Counted from the stretch's first letter, positions 12,701 through 24,276 are shown. The stretch is 64,000 nt of DNA from Balanoglossus misakiensis (GCA_040954595.2 CM082591.2:3271957-3335956); one strand, 5' to 3'. Notes: generated from the sequence alone by a model not told the origin. Numbers and translations: made by a program.

Positions 12701-15700
12701 AGAAATGTCCATTTTTCGACTTCGCGAAATTTCAAAATTTGGTGGTTTTTCGACAAAAACCATGGGTTATAGCTCATGAAAATCATCCAGAAATGTCAAT
12801 TTTTCGACTTCGCGAAATTTCAAAATTTGGTGGTTTTTCGACAAAAACCATGGGTTATAGCTCATGAAAATCATCCAGAAATGTCAATTTTTCGACTTCG
12901 CGAAATTTCAAAATTTGGTGGTTTTTCGACAAAAACCATGGGTTATAGCTCATGAAAATCATCCAGAAATGTCAATTTTTCGACTTCGCGAAATTTCAAA
13001 ATTTGGTGGTTTTTCGACAAAAACCATGGGTTATAGCTCATGAAAATCATCCAGATATGTCAATTTTTCGACTTCGCGAAATTTCAAAATTTGGTGGTTT
13101 TTCGACAAAAACCATGGGTTATAGCTCATGAAAATCACCCAGAAATGTCAATTTTTCGACTTCGCGAAATTTCAAAATTTGGTGGTTTTTCGACAAAAAC
13201 CATGGGTTATAGCTCATGAAAATCATCCAGAAATGTCAATTTTTCGACTTCGCGAAATTTCAAAATTTGGTGGTTTTTCGACAAAAACCATGGGTTATAG
13301 CTCATGAAAATCATCCAGAAATGTTAATTTTTCGACTTCGCGAAATTTCAAAATTTGGTGGTTTTTCGACAAAAACCATGGGTTATAGCTCATGAAAATC
13401 ATCCAGAAATGTCAATTTTTCGACTTCGCGAAATTTCAAAATTTGGTGGTTTTTCGAAAAAAACCATGGGTTATAGCTCATGAAAATCATCCAGAAATGT
13501 CAATTTTTCGACTTCGCGAAATTTCAAAATTTGGTGGTTTTTCGACAAAAACCATGGGTTATAGCTCATGAAAATCATCCATAAATGTCAATTTTTCGAC
13601 TTCGCGAAATTTCAAAATTTGGTGGTTTTTCGACAAAAACCATGGGTTATAGCTCATGAAAATCATCCAGAAATGTCAATTTTTCGACTTCGCGAAATTT
13701 CAAAATTTGGTGGTTTTTCGACAAAAACCATGCGTTATAGCTCATGAAAATCATCCAGAAATGTCAATTTTTCGACTTCGCGAAATTTCAAAATTTGGTG
13801 GTTTTTCGACAAAAACCATGGGTTATAGCTCATGAAAATCATCCAGAAATGTCAATTTTTCGACTTCGCGAAATTTCAAAATTTGGTGGTTTTTCGACAA
13901 AAACCATGGGTTATAGCTCATGAAAATCACCCAGAAATGTCAATTTTTCGACTTCGCGAAATTTCAAAATTTGGTGGTTTTTCGACAAAAACCATGGGTT
14001 ATAGCTCATGAAAATCACCCAGAAATGTCAATTTTTCGACTTCGCGAAATTTCAAAATTTGGTGGTTTTTCGACAAAAACCATGGGTTATAGCTCATGAA
14101 AATCATCCAGAAATGTTAATTTTTCGACTTCGCGAAATTTCAAAATTTGGTGGTTTTTCGACAAAAACCATGGGTTATAGCTCATGAAAATCATCCAGAA
14201 ATGTCAATTTTTCGACTTCGCGAAATTTCAAAATTTGGTGGTTTTTCGAAAAAAACCATGGGTTATAGCTCATGAAAATCATCCAGAAATGTCAATTTTT
14301 CGACTTCGCGAAATTTCAAAATTTGGTGGTTTTTCGACAAAAACCATGGGTTATAGCTCATGAAAATCATCCATAAATGTCAATTTTTCGACTTCGCGAA
14401 ATTTCAAAATTTGGTGGTTTTTCGACAAAAACCATGGGTTATAGCTCATGAAAATCATCCAGAAATGTCAATTTTTCGACTTCGCGAAATTTCAAAATTT
14501 GGTGGTTTTTCGACAAAAACCATGCGTTATAGCTCATGAAAATCATCCAGAAATGTCAATTTTTCGACTTCGCGAAATTTCAAAATTTGGTGGTTTTTCG
14601 ACAAAAACCATGGGTTATAGCTCATGAAAATCATCCAGAAATGTCAATTTTTCGACTTCGCGAAATTTCAAAATTTGGTGGTTTTTCGACAAAAACCATG
14701 GGTTATAGCTCATGAAAATCACCCAGAAATGTCAATTTTTCGACTTCGCGAAATTTCAAAATTTGGTGGTTTTTCGACAAAAACCATGGGTTATAGCTCA
14801 TGAAAATCACCCAGAAATGTCAATTTTTCGACTTCGCGAAATTTCAAAATTTGGTGGTTTTTCGACAAAAACCATGGGTTATAGCTCATGAAAATCACCC
14901 AGAAATGACAATTTTTCGACTTCGCGAAATTTCAAAATTTGGTGGTTTTTCGACAAAAACCATGGGTAATAGCTCATGAAAATCACCCAGAAATGTCAAT
15001 TTTTCGACCTCGCGAAATTTCAAAATTTGGTGGTTTTTCGACAAAAACCATGGGTTATAGCTCATGAAAATCATCCAGAAATGTCAATTTTTCGACTTCG
15101 CGAAATTTCAAAATTTGGTGGTTTTTCGACAAAAACCATGGGTTATAGCTCATGAAAATCATCCAGATATGTCAATTTTTCGACTTCGCGAAATTTCAAA
15201 ATTTGGTGGTTTTTCGACAAAAACCATGGGTTATAGCTCATGAAAATCACCCAGAAATGTCAATTTTTCGACTTCGCGAAATTTCAAAATTTGGTGGTTT
15301 TTCGACAAAAACCATGGGTTATAGCTCATGAAAATCACCCAGAAATGTCAATTTTTCGACTTCGCGAAATTTCAAAATTTGGTGGTTTTTCGACAAAAAC
15401 CATGGGTTATAGCTCATGAAAATCATCCAGAAATGTCAATTTTTCGACTTCGCGAAATTTCAAAATTTGGTGGTTTTTCGACACAAACCATGGGTTATAG
15501 CTCATGAAAATCATCCAGAAATGTTAATTTTTCGACTTCGCGAAATTTCAAAATTTGGTGGTTTTTCGACAAAAACCATGGGTTATAGCTCATGAAAATC
15601 ATCCAGAAATGTCAATTTTTCGACTTCGCGAAATTTCAAAATTTGGTGGTTTTTCGACAAAAACCATGGGTTATAGCTCATGAAAATCATCCAGAAATGT

Positions 15701-18040
15701 CAATTTTTCGACTTCGCGAAATTTCAAAATTTGGTGGTTTTTCGACAAAAACCATGGGTTATAGCTCATGAAAATCATCCAGAAATGTCATTTTTTCGAC
15801 TTCGCGAAATTTCAAAATTTGGTGGTTTTTCGACAAAAACCATGGGTTATAGCTCATGAAAATCATCCAGAAATGTCAATTTTTCGACTTCGCGAAATTT
15901 CAAAATTTGGTGGTTTTTCGACAAAAACCATGGGTTATAGCTCATGAAAATCATCCAGAAATGTCAATTTTTCGACTTCGCGAAATTTCAAAATTTGGTG
16001 GTTTTTCGACAAAAACCATGGGTTATAGCTCATGAAAATCACCCAGAAATGTCAATTTTTCGACTTCGCGAAATTTCAAAATTTGGTGGTTTTTCGACAA
16101 AAACCATGGGTTATAGCTCATGAAAATCACCCAGAAATGTCAATTTTTCGACTTCGCGAAATTTCAAAATTTGGTGGTTTTTCGACAAAAACCATGGGTT
16201 ATAGCTCATGAAAATCACCCAGAAATGTCAATTTTTCGACTTCGCGAAATTTCAACATTTGGTGGTTTTTCGACAAAAACCATGGATTATAGCTCATGAA
16301 AATCATCCAGATATGTCAATTTTTCGACTTCGCGAAATTTCAAAATTTGGTGGTTTTTCGACAAAAACCATGCGTTATAGCTCATGAAAATCATCCAGAA
16401 ATGTCAATTTTTCGACTTCGCGAAATTTCAAAATTTGGTGGTTTTTCGACAAAAACCATGGGTTATAGCTCATGAAAATCACCCAGAAATGTCAATTTTT
16501 CGACTTCGCGAAATTTCAAAATTTGGTGGTTTTTCGACAAAAACCATGGGTTATAGCTCATGAAAATCACCCAGAAATGTCAATTTTTCGACTTCGCGAA
16601 ATTTCAAAATTTGGTGGTTTTTCGACAAAAACCATGGGTTATAGCTCATGAAAATCACCCAGAAATGTCAATTTTTCGACTTCGCGAAATTTCAAAATTT
16701 GGTGGTTTTTCGACAAAAACCATGGGTTATAGCTCATGAAAATCACCCAGAAATGTCAATTTTTCGACTTCGCGAAATTTCAAAATTTGGTGGTTTTTCG
16801 ACAAAAACCATGGGTAATAGCTCATGAAAATCACCCAGAAATGTCAATTTTTCGACTTCGCGAAATTTCAAAATTTGGTGGTTTTTCGACAAAAACCATG
16901 GGTTATAGCTCATGAAAATTACCCAGAAATGTCAATTTTTCGACTTCGCGAAATTTCAAAATTTGGTGGTTTTTCGACAAAAACCATGGGTTATAGCTCA
17001 TGAAAATCATCCAGAAATGTCAATTTTTCGACTTCGCGAAATTTCAAAATTTGGTGGTTTTTCGACAAAAACCATGGGTTATAGCTCATGAAAATCATCC
17101 AGAAATGTCAATTTTTCGACTTCGCGAAATTTCAAAATTTGGTGGTTTTTCGACAAAAACCATGGGTTATAGCTCATGAAAATCATCCAGAAATGTCAAT
17201 TTTTCGACTTCGCGAAATTTCAAAATTTGGTGGTTTTTCGACAAAAACCATGGGTTATAGCTCATGAAAATCATCCAGAAATGTCAATTTTTCGACTTCG
17301 CGAAATTTCAAAATTTGGTGGTTTTTCGACAAAAACCATGGGTTATAGCTCATGAAAATCACCCAGAAATGTCAATTTTTCGACTTCGCGAAATTTCAAA
17401 ATTTGGTGGTTTTTCGAAAAAAACCATGGGTTATAGCTCATGAAAATCATCCAGAAATGTCAATTTTTCGACTTCGCGAAATTTCAAAATTTGGTGGTTT
17501 TTCGACAAAAACCATGGGTTATAGCTCATGAAAATCATCCAGAAATGTCAATTTTTCGACTTTGCGAAATTTCAAAATTTGGTGGTTTTTCGACAAAAAC
17601 CATGGGTTATAGCTCATGAAAATCATCCAGAAATGTCAATTTTTCGACTTCGCGAAATTTCAAAATTTGGTGGTTTTTCGACAAAAACCATGGGTTATAG
17701 CTCATGAAAATCACCCAGAAATGTCAATTTTTCGACTTCGCGAAATTTCAAAATTTGGTGGTTTTTCGACAAAAACCATGGGTTATAGCTCATGAAAATC
17801 ACCCAGAAATGTCAATTTTTCGACTTCGCGAAATTTCAAAATTTGGTGGTTTTTCGACAAAAACCATGGGTTATAGCTCATGAAAATCATCCAGAAATGT
17901 CAATTTTTCGACTTCGCGAAATTTCAAAATTTGGTGGTTTTTCGACAAATACCATGGGTTATAGCTCATGAAAATCATCCAGAAATGTCAATTTTTCGAC
18001 TTCGCGAAATTTCAAAATTTGGTGGTTTTTCGACAAAAAC
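9781..18040. repeat. Satellite array, monomer type B (88 bp, ~94 copies)
   Basis: Consensus CATGGGTTATAGCTCATGAAAATCA(T/C)CCAGAAATGTCAATTTTTCGACTTCGCGAAATTTCAAAATTTGGTGGTTTTTCGACAAAAAC. It shares the AAAAACCATGGGTTATAGCTCA core and ATTTTTCGACTT with type A. Confidence 0.98.
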
Positions 18041-20304
18041 CATGGGTTATAGCTCATGAAAATCATCCAGAAATGACAATTTTTCGACTTTGGGAAATAT
18101 CAAAATTTCTTCATTTTTTTGAAAAAACCATGGGTTATAGCCCATGAAAATCATCCAGAAATGACAATTTTTCGACTTTGGGAAATATCAAAATTTCTTC
18201 ATTTTTTTGAAAAAACCATGGGTTATAGCCCATGAACATCATCCAGAAATGACAATTTTTCGACTTTGGGAATATCAAAATTTCTTCATTTTTTTGAAAA
18301 AACCATGGGTTATAGCCCATGAAAATCATCCAGAAATGACAATTTTTCGACTTTGGGAAATATCAAAATTTCTTCATTTTTTTGAAAAAAACATGGGTTA
18401 TAGCTCATGAAAATCATCCAGAAATGTCAATTTTTCGACTTCGCGAAATTTTAAAATTTGGTGGTTTTTCGACAAAAACCATGGGTTATAGCTCATGAAA
18501 ATCATGCAGAAATGTCAATTTTTCGACTTCGCGAAATTTCAAAATTGGGTGGTTTTTCGACAAAAACCATTGGTTATAGCTCATGAAAATCATCCAGAAA
18601 TGTCAATTTTTCGACTTCGCGAAATTTCAAAATTTGGTGGTTTTTCGACAAAAACCATGGGTTATAGCTCATGAAAATCATCCAGAAATGTCAATTTTTC
18701 GACTTCGCGAAATTTGAAAATTTGGTGGTTTTTCGACAAAAACCATGGGTTATAGCTCATTAAAATCATCCAGAAATGTCAATTTTTCGACTTCGCGAAA
18801 TTTCAAAATTTGGTGGTTTTTCGACAAAAACCATGGGTTATAGCTCATGAAAATCACCCAGAAATGTCAATTTTTCGACTTCGCGAAATTTCAAAATTTG
18901 GTGGTTTTTCGACAAAAACCATGGGTTATAGCTCATGAAAATCATCCAGAAATGTCAATTTTTCGACTTCGCGAAATTTCAAAATTTGGTGGTTTTTCGA
19001 CAAAAACCATGGGATATAGCTCATGAAAATAATCCAAAAATGACGATTTTTCGACTTTGCGAAATATCGAAATTTCTTCATTTTTTTGAAAAAACCATGG
19101 GTTATAGCCCATGAAAATCATCCAGAAATGACAATTTTTCGACTTTGGGAAATATCAAAATTTCTTCATTTTTTTGAAAAAACCATGGGTTATAGCCCAT
19201 GAACATCATCCAGAAATGACAATTTTTCGACTTTGGGAAATATCAAAATTTCTTCATTTTTTTGAAAAAACCATGGGTTATAGCCCATGAAAATCATCCA
19301 GAAATGACAATTTTTCGACTTTGGGAAATATCAAAATTTCTTCATTTTTTTGAAAAAACCATGGGTTATAGCCCATGAAAATCATCCAGAAGTGACAATT
19401 TTTCGACTTCGCGAAATTTCAAAATTTGGTGGTTTTTCGACAAAAACCATGGGTTATAGCTCATGAAAATCATCCAGAAATGTCAATTTTTCGACTTCGC
19501 GAAATTTCAAAATTTGGTGGTTTTTCGACAAAAACCATGGGTTATAGCTCATGAAAATCATCCAGAAATGTCAATTTTTCGACTTCGCGAAATTTTAAAA
19601 TTTGGTGGTTTTTCGACAAAAACCATGGGTTATAGCTCATGAAAATCATGCAGAAATGTCAATTTTTCGACTTCGCGAAATTTCAAAATTTGGTGGTTTT
19701 TCGACAAAAACCATTGGTTATAGCTCATGAAAATCATCCAGAAATGTCAATTTTTCGACTTCGCGAAATTTCAAAATTTGGTGGTTTTTCGACAAAAACC
19801 ATGGGTTATAGCTCATGAAAATCATCCAGAAATGTCAATTTTTCGACTTCGCGAAATTTCAAAATTTGGTGGTTTTTCGACAAAAACCATGGGTTATAGC
19901 TCATGAAAATCATCCAGAAATGTCAATTTTTCGACTTCGCGAAATTTCAAAATTCGGTGGTTTTTCGACAAAAACCATGGGTTATAGCTCATGAAAATCA
20001 TCCAGAAATGTCAATTTTTCGACTTTGGGAAATATCAAAATTTCTTCATTTTTTTGAAAAAACCATGGGTTATAGCCCATGAAAATCATCCAGAAATGAC
20101 AATTTTTCGACTTTGGGAAATATCAAAATTTCTTCATTTTTTTGAAAAAACCATGGGTTATAGCCCATGAAAATCATCCAGAAATGACAATTTTTCGACT
20201 TTGGGAAATATCAAAATTTCTTCATTTTTTTGAAAAAACCATGGGTTATAGCCCATGAAAATCATCCAGAAATGACAATTTTTCGACTTTGGGAAATATC
20301 AAAA
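18041..20304. repeat. Mixed satellite layer: blocks of type C (88 bp) alternating with type B
   Basis: Type C is CATGGGTTATAGCCCATGAAAATCATCCAGAAATGACAATTTTTCGACTTTGGGAAATATCAAAATTTCTTCATTTTTTTGAAAAAAC, in blocks at ~18041-18390, ~19010-19390 and ~20020-20304. The array stops mid-monomer at 20304. Confidence 0.96.
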
Positions 20305-21470
20305 CACTATTTCAATGTGGCGTAAGATTTTCAAAGAAACACCAGACAGATTCTTACTTACCGTTTCGTTGATCTCCTGGAAGTCGAATGTTGATGAAGC
20401 TGTCAGCTGACAGACGTCACTATGGCCCCAGGCATCTCACTTTTCGTGCTATCCTGGGGGGCCTTAAGCTTGTTACCGATATGGACTTACGACTTGGCAA
20501 AAGATACATGTAATTTCAGTAATTGTCGGGCGAATTTCATTGCTTCATAGAGAGACAATTCTGTCGTGAATCAGAATCAACAATGACATACTCATTCCAA
20601 TTCGTAGTAGACAGGCCGACACCATCGTCTCAAAATATCAATCAGAAATATCGAGTTATTTCTTTACTTACCAAGGAAAATGAATGAAATATCCGTGAAA
20701 TTCTCGTGTACATATGTCAGAAAACCGGGCAGGTAGCAATAGTTTCAGTCACTTCGTAGATTTACGGACAACTAATATTAGTTTAAACACACTCTTCCAG
20801 AAAGATGTCTTTTACATTCGCGGTGGATAGTCTTCATTCAATATGATGCGTGGGTAACTGCTCACAACTTACGCGCAAAAACGATAGTTTGAAAATAGGA
20901 GCTGCCGGCTTTGCTTATGGTTTGGAAATTCATGGGCCTGGTAGATATAGAGCTTAGTTTTCGTACGATGTGAAAAATTTCCCCCAAGTGTTATATAACT
21001 TCTCTGCAGATCCACACTGAGAGGTTATTAACTGCACCTTGATAAACCGCTTAGTGATGCCTTAGAATGATTGCTTTTAGTAGCCCATGACAAAAGCTAT
21101 TGATTGCAGGTTAGATTAGTCGGAGTAAGGTCAACCGAGGTTATCGTATACATGGCAATCTCCTGTCTCCTACCATAGTAGCCGCTATACGGCTTCGAAG
21201 CAACAGCTAAAGCTTACGCGTTAAAATGTTGGGAAATTGCCAGACGAAACGATTAATATTTATACACACTCTACTGGTGTCGTATCAGCTTGCATAACAT
21301 TCACAGCGTTCAATAAATTGCTTTTGGATTATTAACCAAGATTTGCACCTTTGAATTGTCAAAAAAGTGTGTGATTTCGTCTTGTTAGCTTATGAAAATA
21401 CGTCCTCATTACATCTGGTAATTAGTTCTAAAGTTTGCTAAAACGGAAAATGACCCTACAACATTCAGAA

Positions 21471-22695
21471 TACTAGCAACAAATGCCAAACTAGCAACAC
21501 CGGCTTTCTTTGAGGGGGCCACCGGCTTTCTTTGAGGGGGCCCGACACGTTATCTCTAAAATTGTAACAACGTCACAATTTAGTAGACAAATAGGCGCCC
21601 CCCCCCCCATCCCTATTGCGCAGTTGAAGTACGTGCGTGTTGAGAGAGACGTGTCGATTCGAACGCTGCTCTAGGAAGCTCGTAGTTACCTTCTTACCGG
21701 GACATTTGTACTTGAACGGACTGGGTTCCTCCCACTTCAGGTCGGTAGATTCCTGTGAAGCAGAGACGTGAATTTTGCCGTTCCTAGTGCCGCGGGTTGC
21801 AGTGTATCCCGTCTGTTGAACTTTTTTAGAGATTGAGATGAGAATTAGCAGTGTAGGATAGAGACGACGTACCAAACTGTCGTGTTGTATTCTGAATTTG
21901 TGTTGAAATAAATACGACGGAAGAGTTTGAACGGCATTGCTGTGTGGACTGATAGTTTTGTGGCAAATTCGGGCGTCCGAGGCTGCCGCTAACCTTGCCG
22001 CGATCACCCGGCCGCTTGAGAACTTTCTCGACGTACGCATGAACTTGTTGTTTGTGGCAGCAATCGTGACAGGTTACGTTGTTTGAAAAAAACGTTGACG
22101 CGTCAATGCGCCCAGCGGCGGACGCCACATGAATTTTTCAGATCTGGCTTTTTCAACGTGTTTGTTTGGCGTTCATGATTTAGTATATATCCATGTTCTT
22201 GTTCCGCTATTTCCCATTCCGAAAACCCCAAAGTTTTGACTAGAAAAGGCCTCAGACACCTTCATATGCTGTCCGGCAGCCGGGGTGGGATATCCGACCG
22301 CGGTGCAGCTCAAAGTGGCGTGGAGCTGGTAATGTTGGGAACAGTGCAGCCGGCCGGTGGATCGACGTCTTAGCCTACACTTTCATACCCGCCGGCGTGC
22401 GGCAATCTGGAGGAACCCAGTCCGTTCCAGCGCAAATGTCCCTGTCAGTAGGTAACTACGAGCTTCGTAGAGCAGCGTTCGACACGCTAAACAACTCTCG
22501 TCGTCCGTGTTCAAGTCAGTCTCCTACCCCTTTCTGTTCACGTCTCTCTCTCAACACGCACGTACTTCAACTGCGCAATTGGGATGGGGGACGCCTCTTT
22601 GTCTAGTACATTGTGACGTTGTTACAATTTTAGAGATAACGCGTTGCTGGCATGAAAGAAATACGATGTTGCCAGTTTGCCGTTTGGTGCTGGTA
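21471..22695. repeat. Long imperfect inverted repeat (arms 21471-21732 and 22409-22695) around a ~680 bp CpG-rich spacer
   Basis: The reverse complement of the right arm aligns to the left arm, for example CGTTATCTCTAAAATTGTAACAACGTCACAAT, ATTGCGCAGTTGAAGTACGTGCGTGTTGAGAGAGA and GAACGGACTGGGTTCCTCC. The left arm has a 22-bp tandem duplication (21498-21541). The right arm has ~50 extra bp. Confidence 0.92.
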
Positions 22696-22739
22696 AAAAG
22701 AATTTCGTGGTAAATTGTAACCTGAGTACTAGGTTTGAT

Positions 22740-23450
22740 GGAAATGGCGGCCACTTTTGGGGTTTCTATCCGGCAAAAGCCCGAAGCGCTCAAACTGCAA
22801 CTCTAACCTGATTGAGGAAATTCGCGTTAACGGACAGGATTTCTGAAAACATGGATCAGGCATTAGGCTTCAAAATGACTTAATTAACAATCACAACCTC
22901 CCATCCATTTCCCAAACTAAAGAAATCATCGACTTTTACTTGAACAGTTAACACGGGGAGTACACGTTACGTCACTTGGGTATTTTTGACATATTTTCAA
23001 TCGCATTCTTCGATCGAGTTTCACCTCTCACTGGTACGCAATGAAAAAGGATCACACTGAAATTTGCATGAAATGAACTTCCAGCATTGAAAAACCCTCG
23101 CGAACCTCATAAGCGACCTTACATCTGCGTTTATACAAATTTTAGTATACACTATTATAGGTGCACTTGAGGGGCATCGGCAGTGACGTAGAGAGGCCTG
23201 GCCCCCAGCGTCAGCACGTGTCAACGGTTGTGCAAAACAGATTCTTGCCTGCGGTCATCCATGCGCATGGTAAGACAACAGAGAGTATTATTCCATAGAA
23301 TTTGACAACTTCCAAGGATGGTGACGTCACGACGGCATTTTTGATATTATGAATAAATCCATTTTGACACCGTCTTCATGTGTTGTCTTCTGGCTCGACT
23401 CTCAGCAAAGATAGGGAACGTCGTCGTATCGCAGACGTAACCTTGGCAAC
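22740..23450. promoter_or_regulatory. CpG-rich promoter-like region with no assigned gene
   Basis: YY1-like AAATGGCGGCC (22742), NRF1-like palindrome CCATGCGCATGG (23259-23270), CRE palindrome GTGACGTCAC (23321-23330) and RFX X-box GTAACCTTGGCAAC (23437-23450). These are motif matches only. Confidence 0.4.
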
Positions 23451-23986
23451 GACTGTAATTTCTCATAAAACATTGAAAGTGCTGTGGTATATAATTACCT
23501 GCATTATATTATGTCCACGTCGTGTTTCTCAAATTTAAGAAGTTTTACTCTCTCATTCCAAATTTTGCAAGGTGACCCTTTAATTGTTATTCTCAATTTT
23601 AGAGAGAATAAAAAAGAACTTGGTGGACTATAATTTTTCCGAAAGTGTGTCCCTGAGGTGTATACTATCTTCAACTTGTACCTTGCAAGATAAAAAAAAA
23701 CATGCTAAAGGGACGGTAGTTAATAAAAAAAAGATGGCTTATCTAATATCATGGCGACTTCACAAATCGATTTGTGCAGTAGCCGTGCCAACCTCAATCT
23801 TACAAACACCCCGGGGCATCCTTTCATTCCAGTCCCTAAATATTTTAATGGCACTCAGGTCCGTGGGGAGTAGACAATTAGATTGTGCAATGCACATTGC
23901 AACAAGTGGCAGGACAGGAATCCATCACCCGTGCTTTGAGACGTGACTCGTCTCGTCTACGCAAGAGTGTAACATCATGACCTAGG

Positions 23987-24084
23987 TGTGGATACACAGC
24001 TGTTCCGTCGGGGGAAAGATATGCTAAATGTTCGCAGGCAATTAGCATATCCTCCCCCCCCGAAGGAACGGCTGTGTTTCCACA
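23987..24084. mobile_element. 98-bp foldback element (MITE-like hairpin)
   Basis: TGTGGATACACAGCTGTTCCGTCGGGGG..GATATGCTAA pairs with TTAGCATATC..CCCCCGAAGGAACGGCTGTGTTTCCACA. AACATCATG occurs on both flanks (23971, 24087). Confidence 0.6.
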
Positions 24085-24100
24085 GCAACATCATGGCTCA

Positions 24101-24103
24101 ATG

Positions 24104-24135
<32 letters not shown>

Positions 24136-24245
24136 TGTATGTATGTATGTATGTATGTATGTATGTATGTATGTATGTATGTATGTATGTATGTATGTAT
24201 GTATGTATGTATGTATGTATGTATGTATGTATGTATGTATGTATG

Positions 24246-24276
<31 letters not shown>

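Noticed and set aside
138-18410. Dozens of long ORFs in the satellite as protein-coding genes
   Set aside because: They are translations of an 87-88 bp tandem unit with no domain, no synonymous variation and frequent frameshifts. Kept only as a low-interest finding.
1-20304. CRISPR array
   Set aside because: There are no unique spacers and no cas genes, and the context is a spliceosomal eukaryotic locus.
1-20304. Telomere-derived repeat (GGGTTA in every monomer) or CENP-B box
   Set aside because: There is only one hexamer per unit and no (TTAGGG)n run. The TTCG motifs lack the A..CGGG positions of a CENP-B box.
21573-22128. 155-aa and 100-aa minus-strand ORFs in the inverted-repeat module
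   Set aside because: No recognisable domain, and the homologous right arm has a stop and an indel in the equivalent frame.
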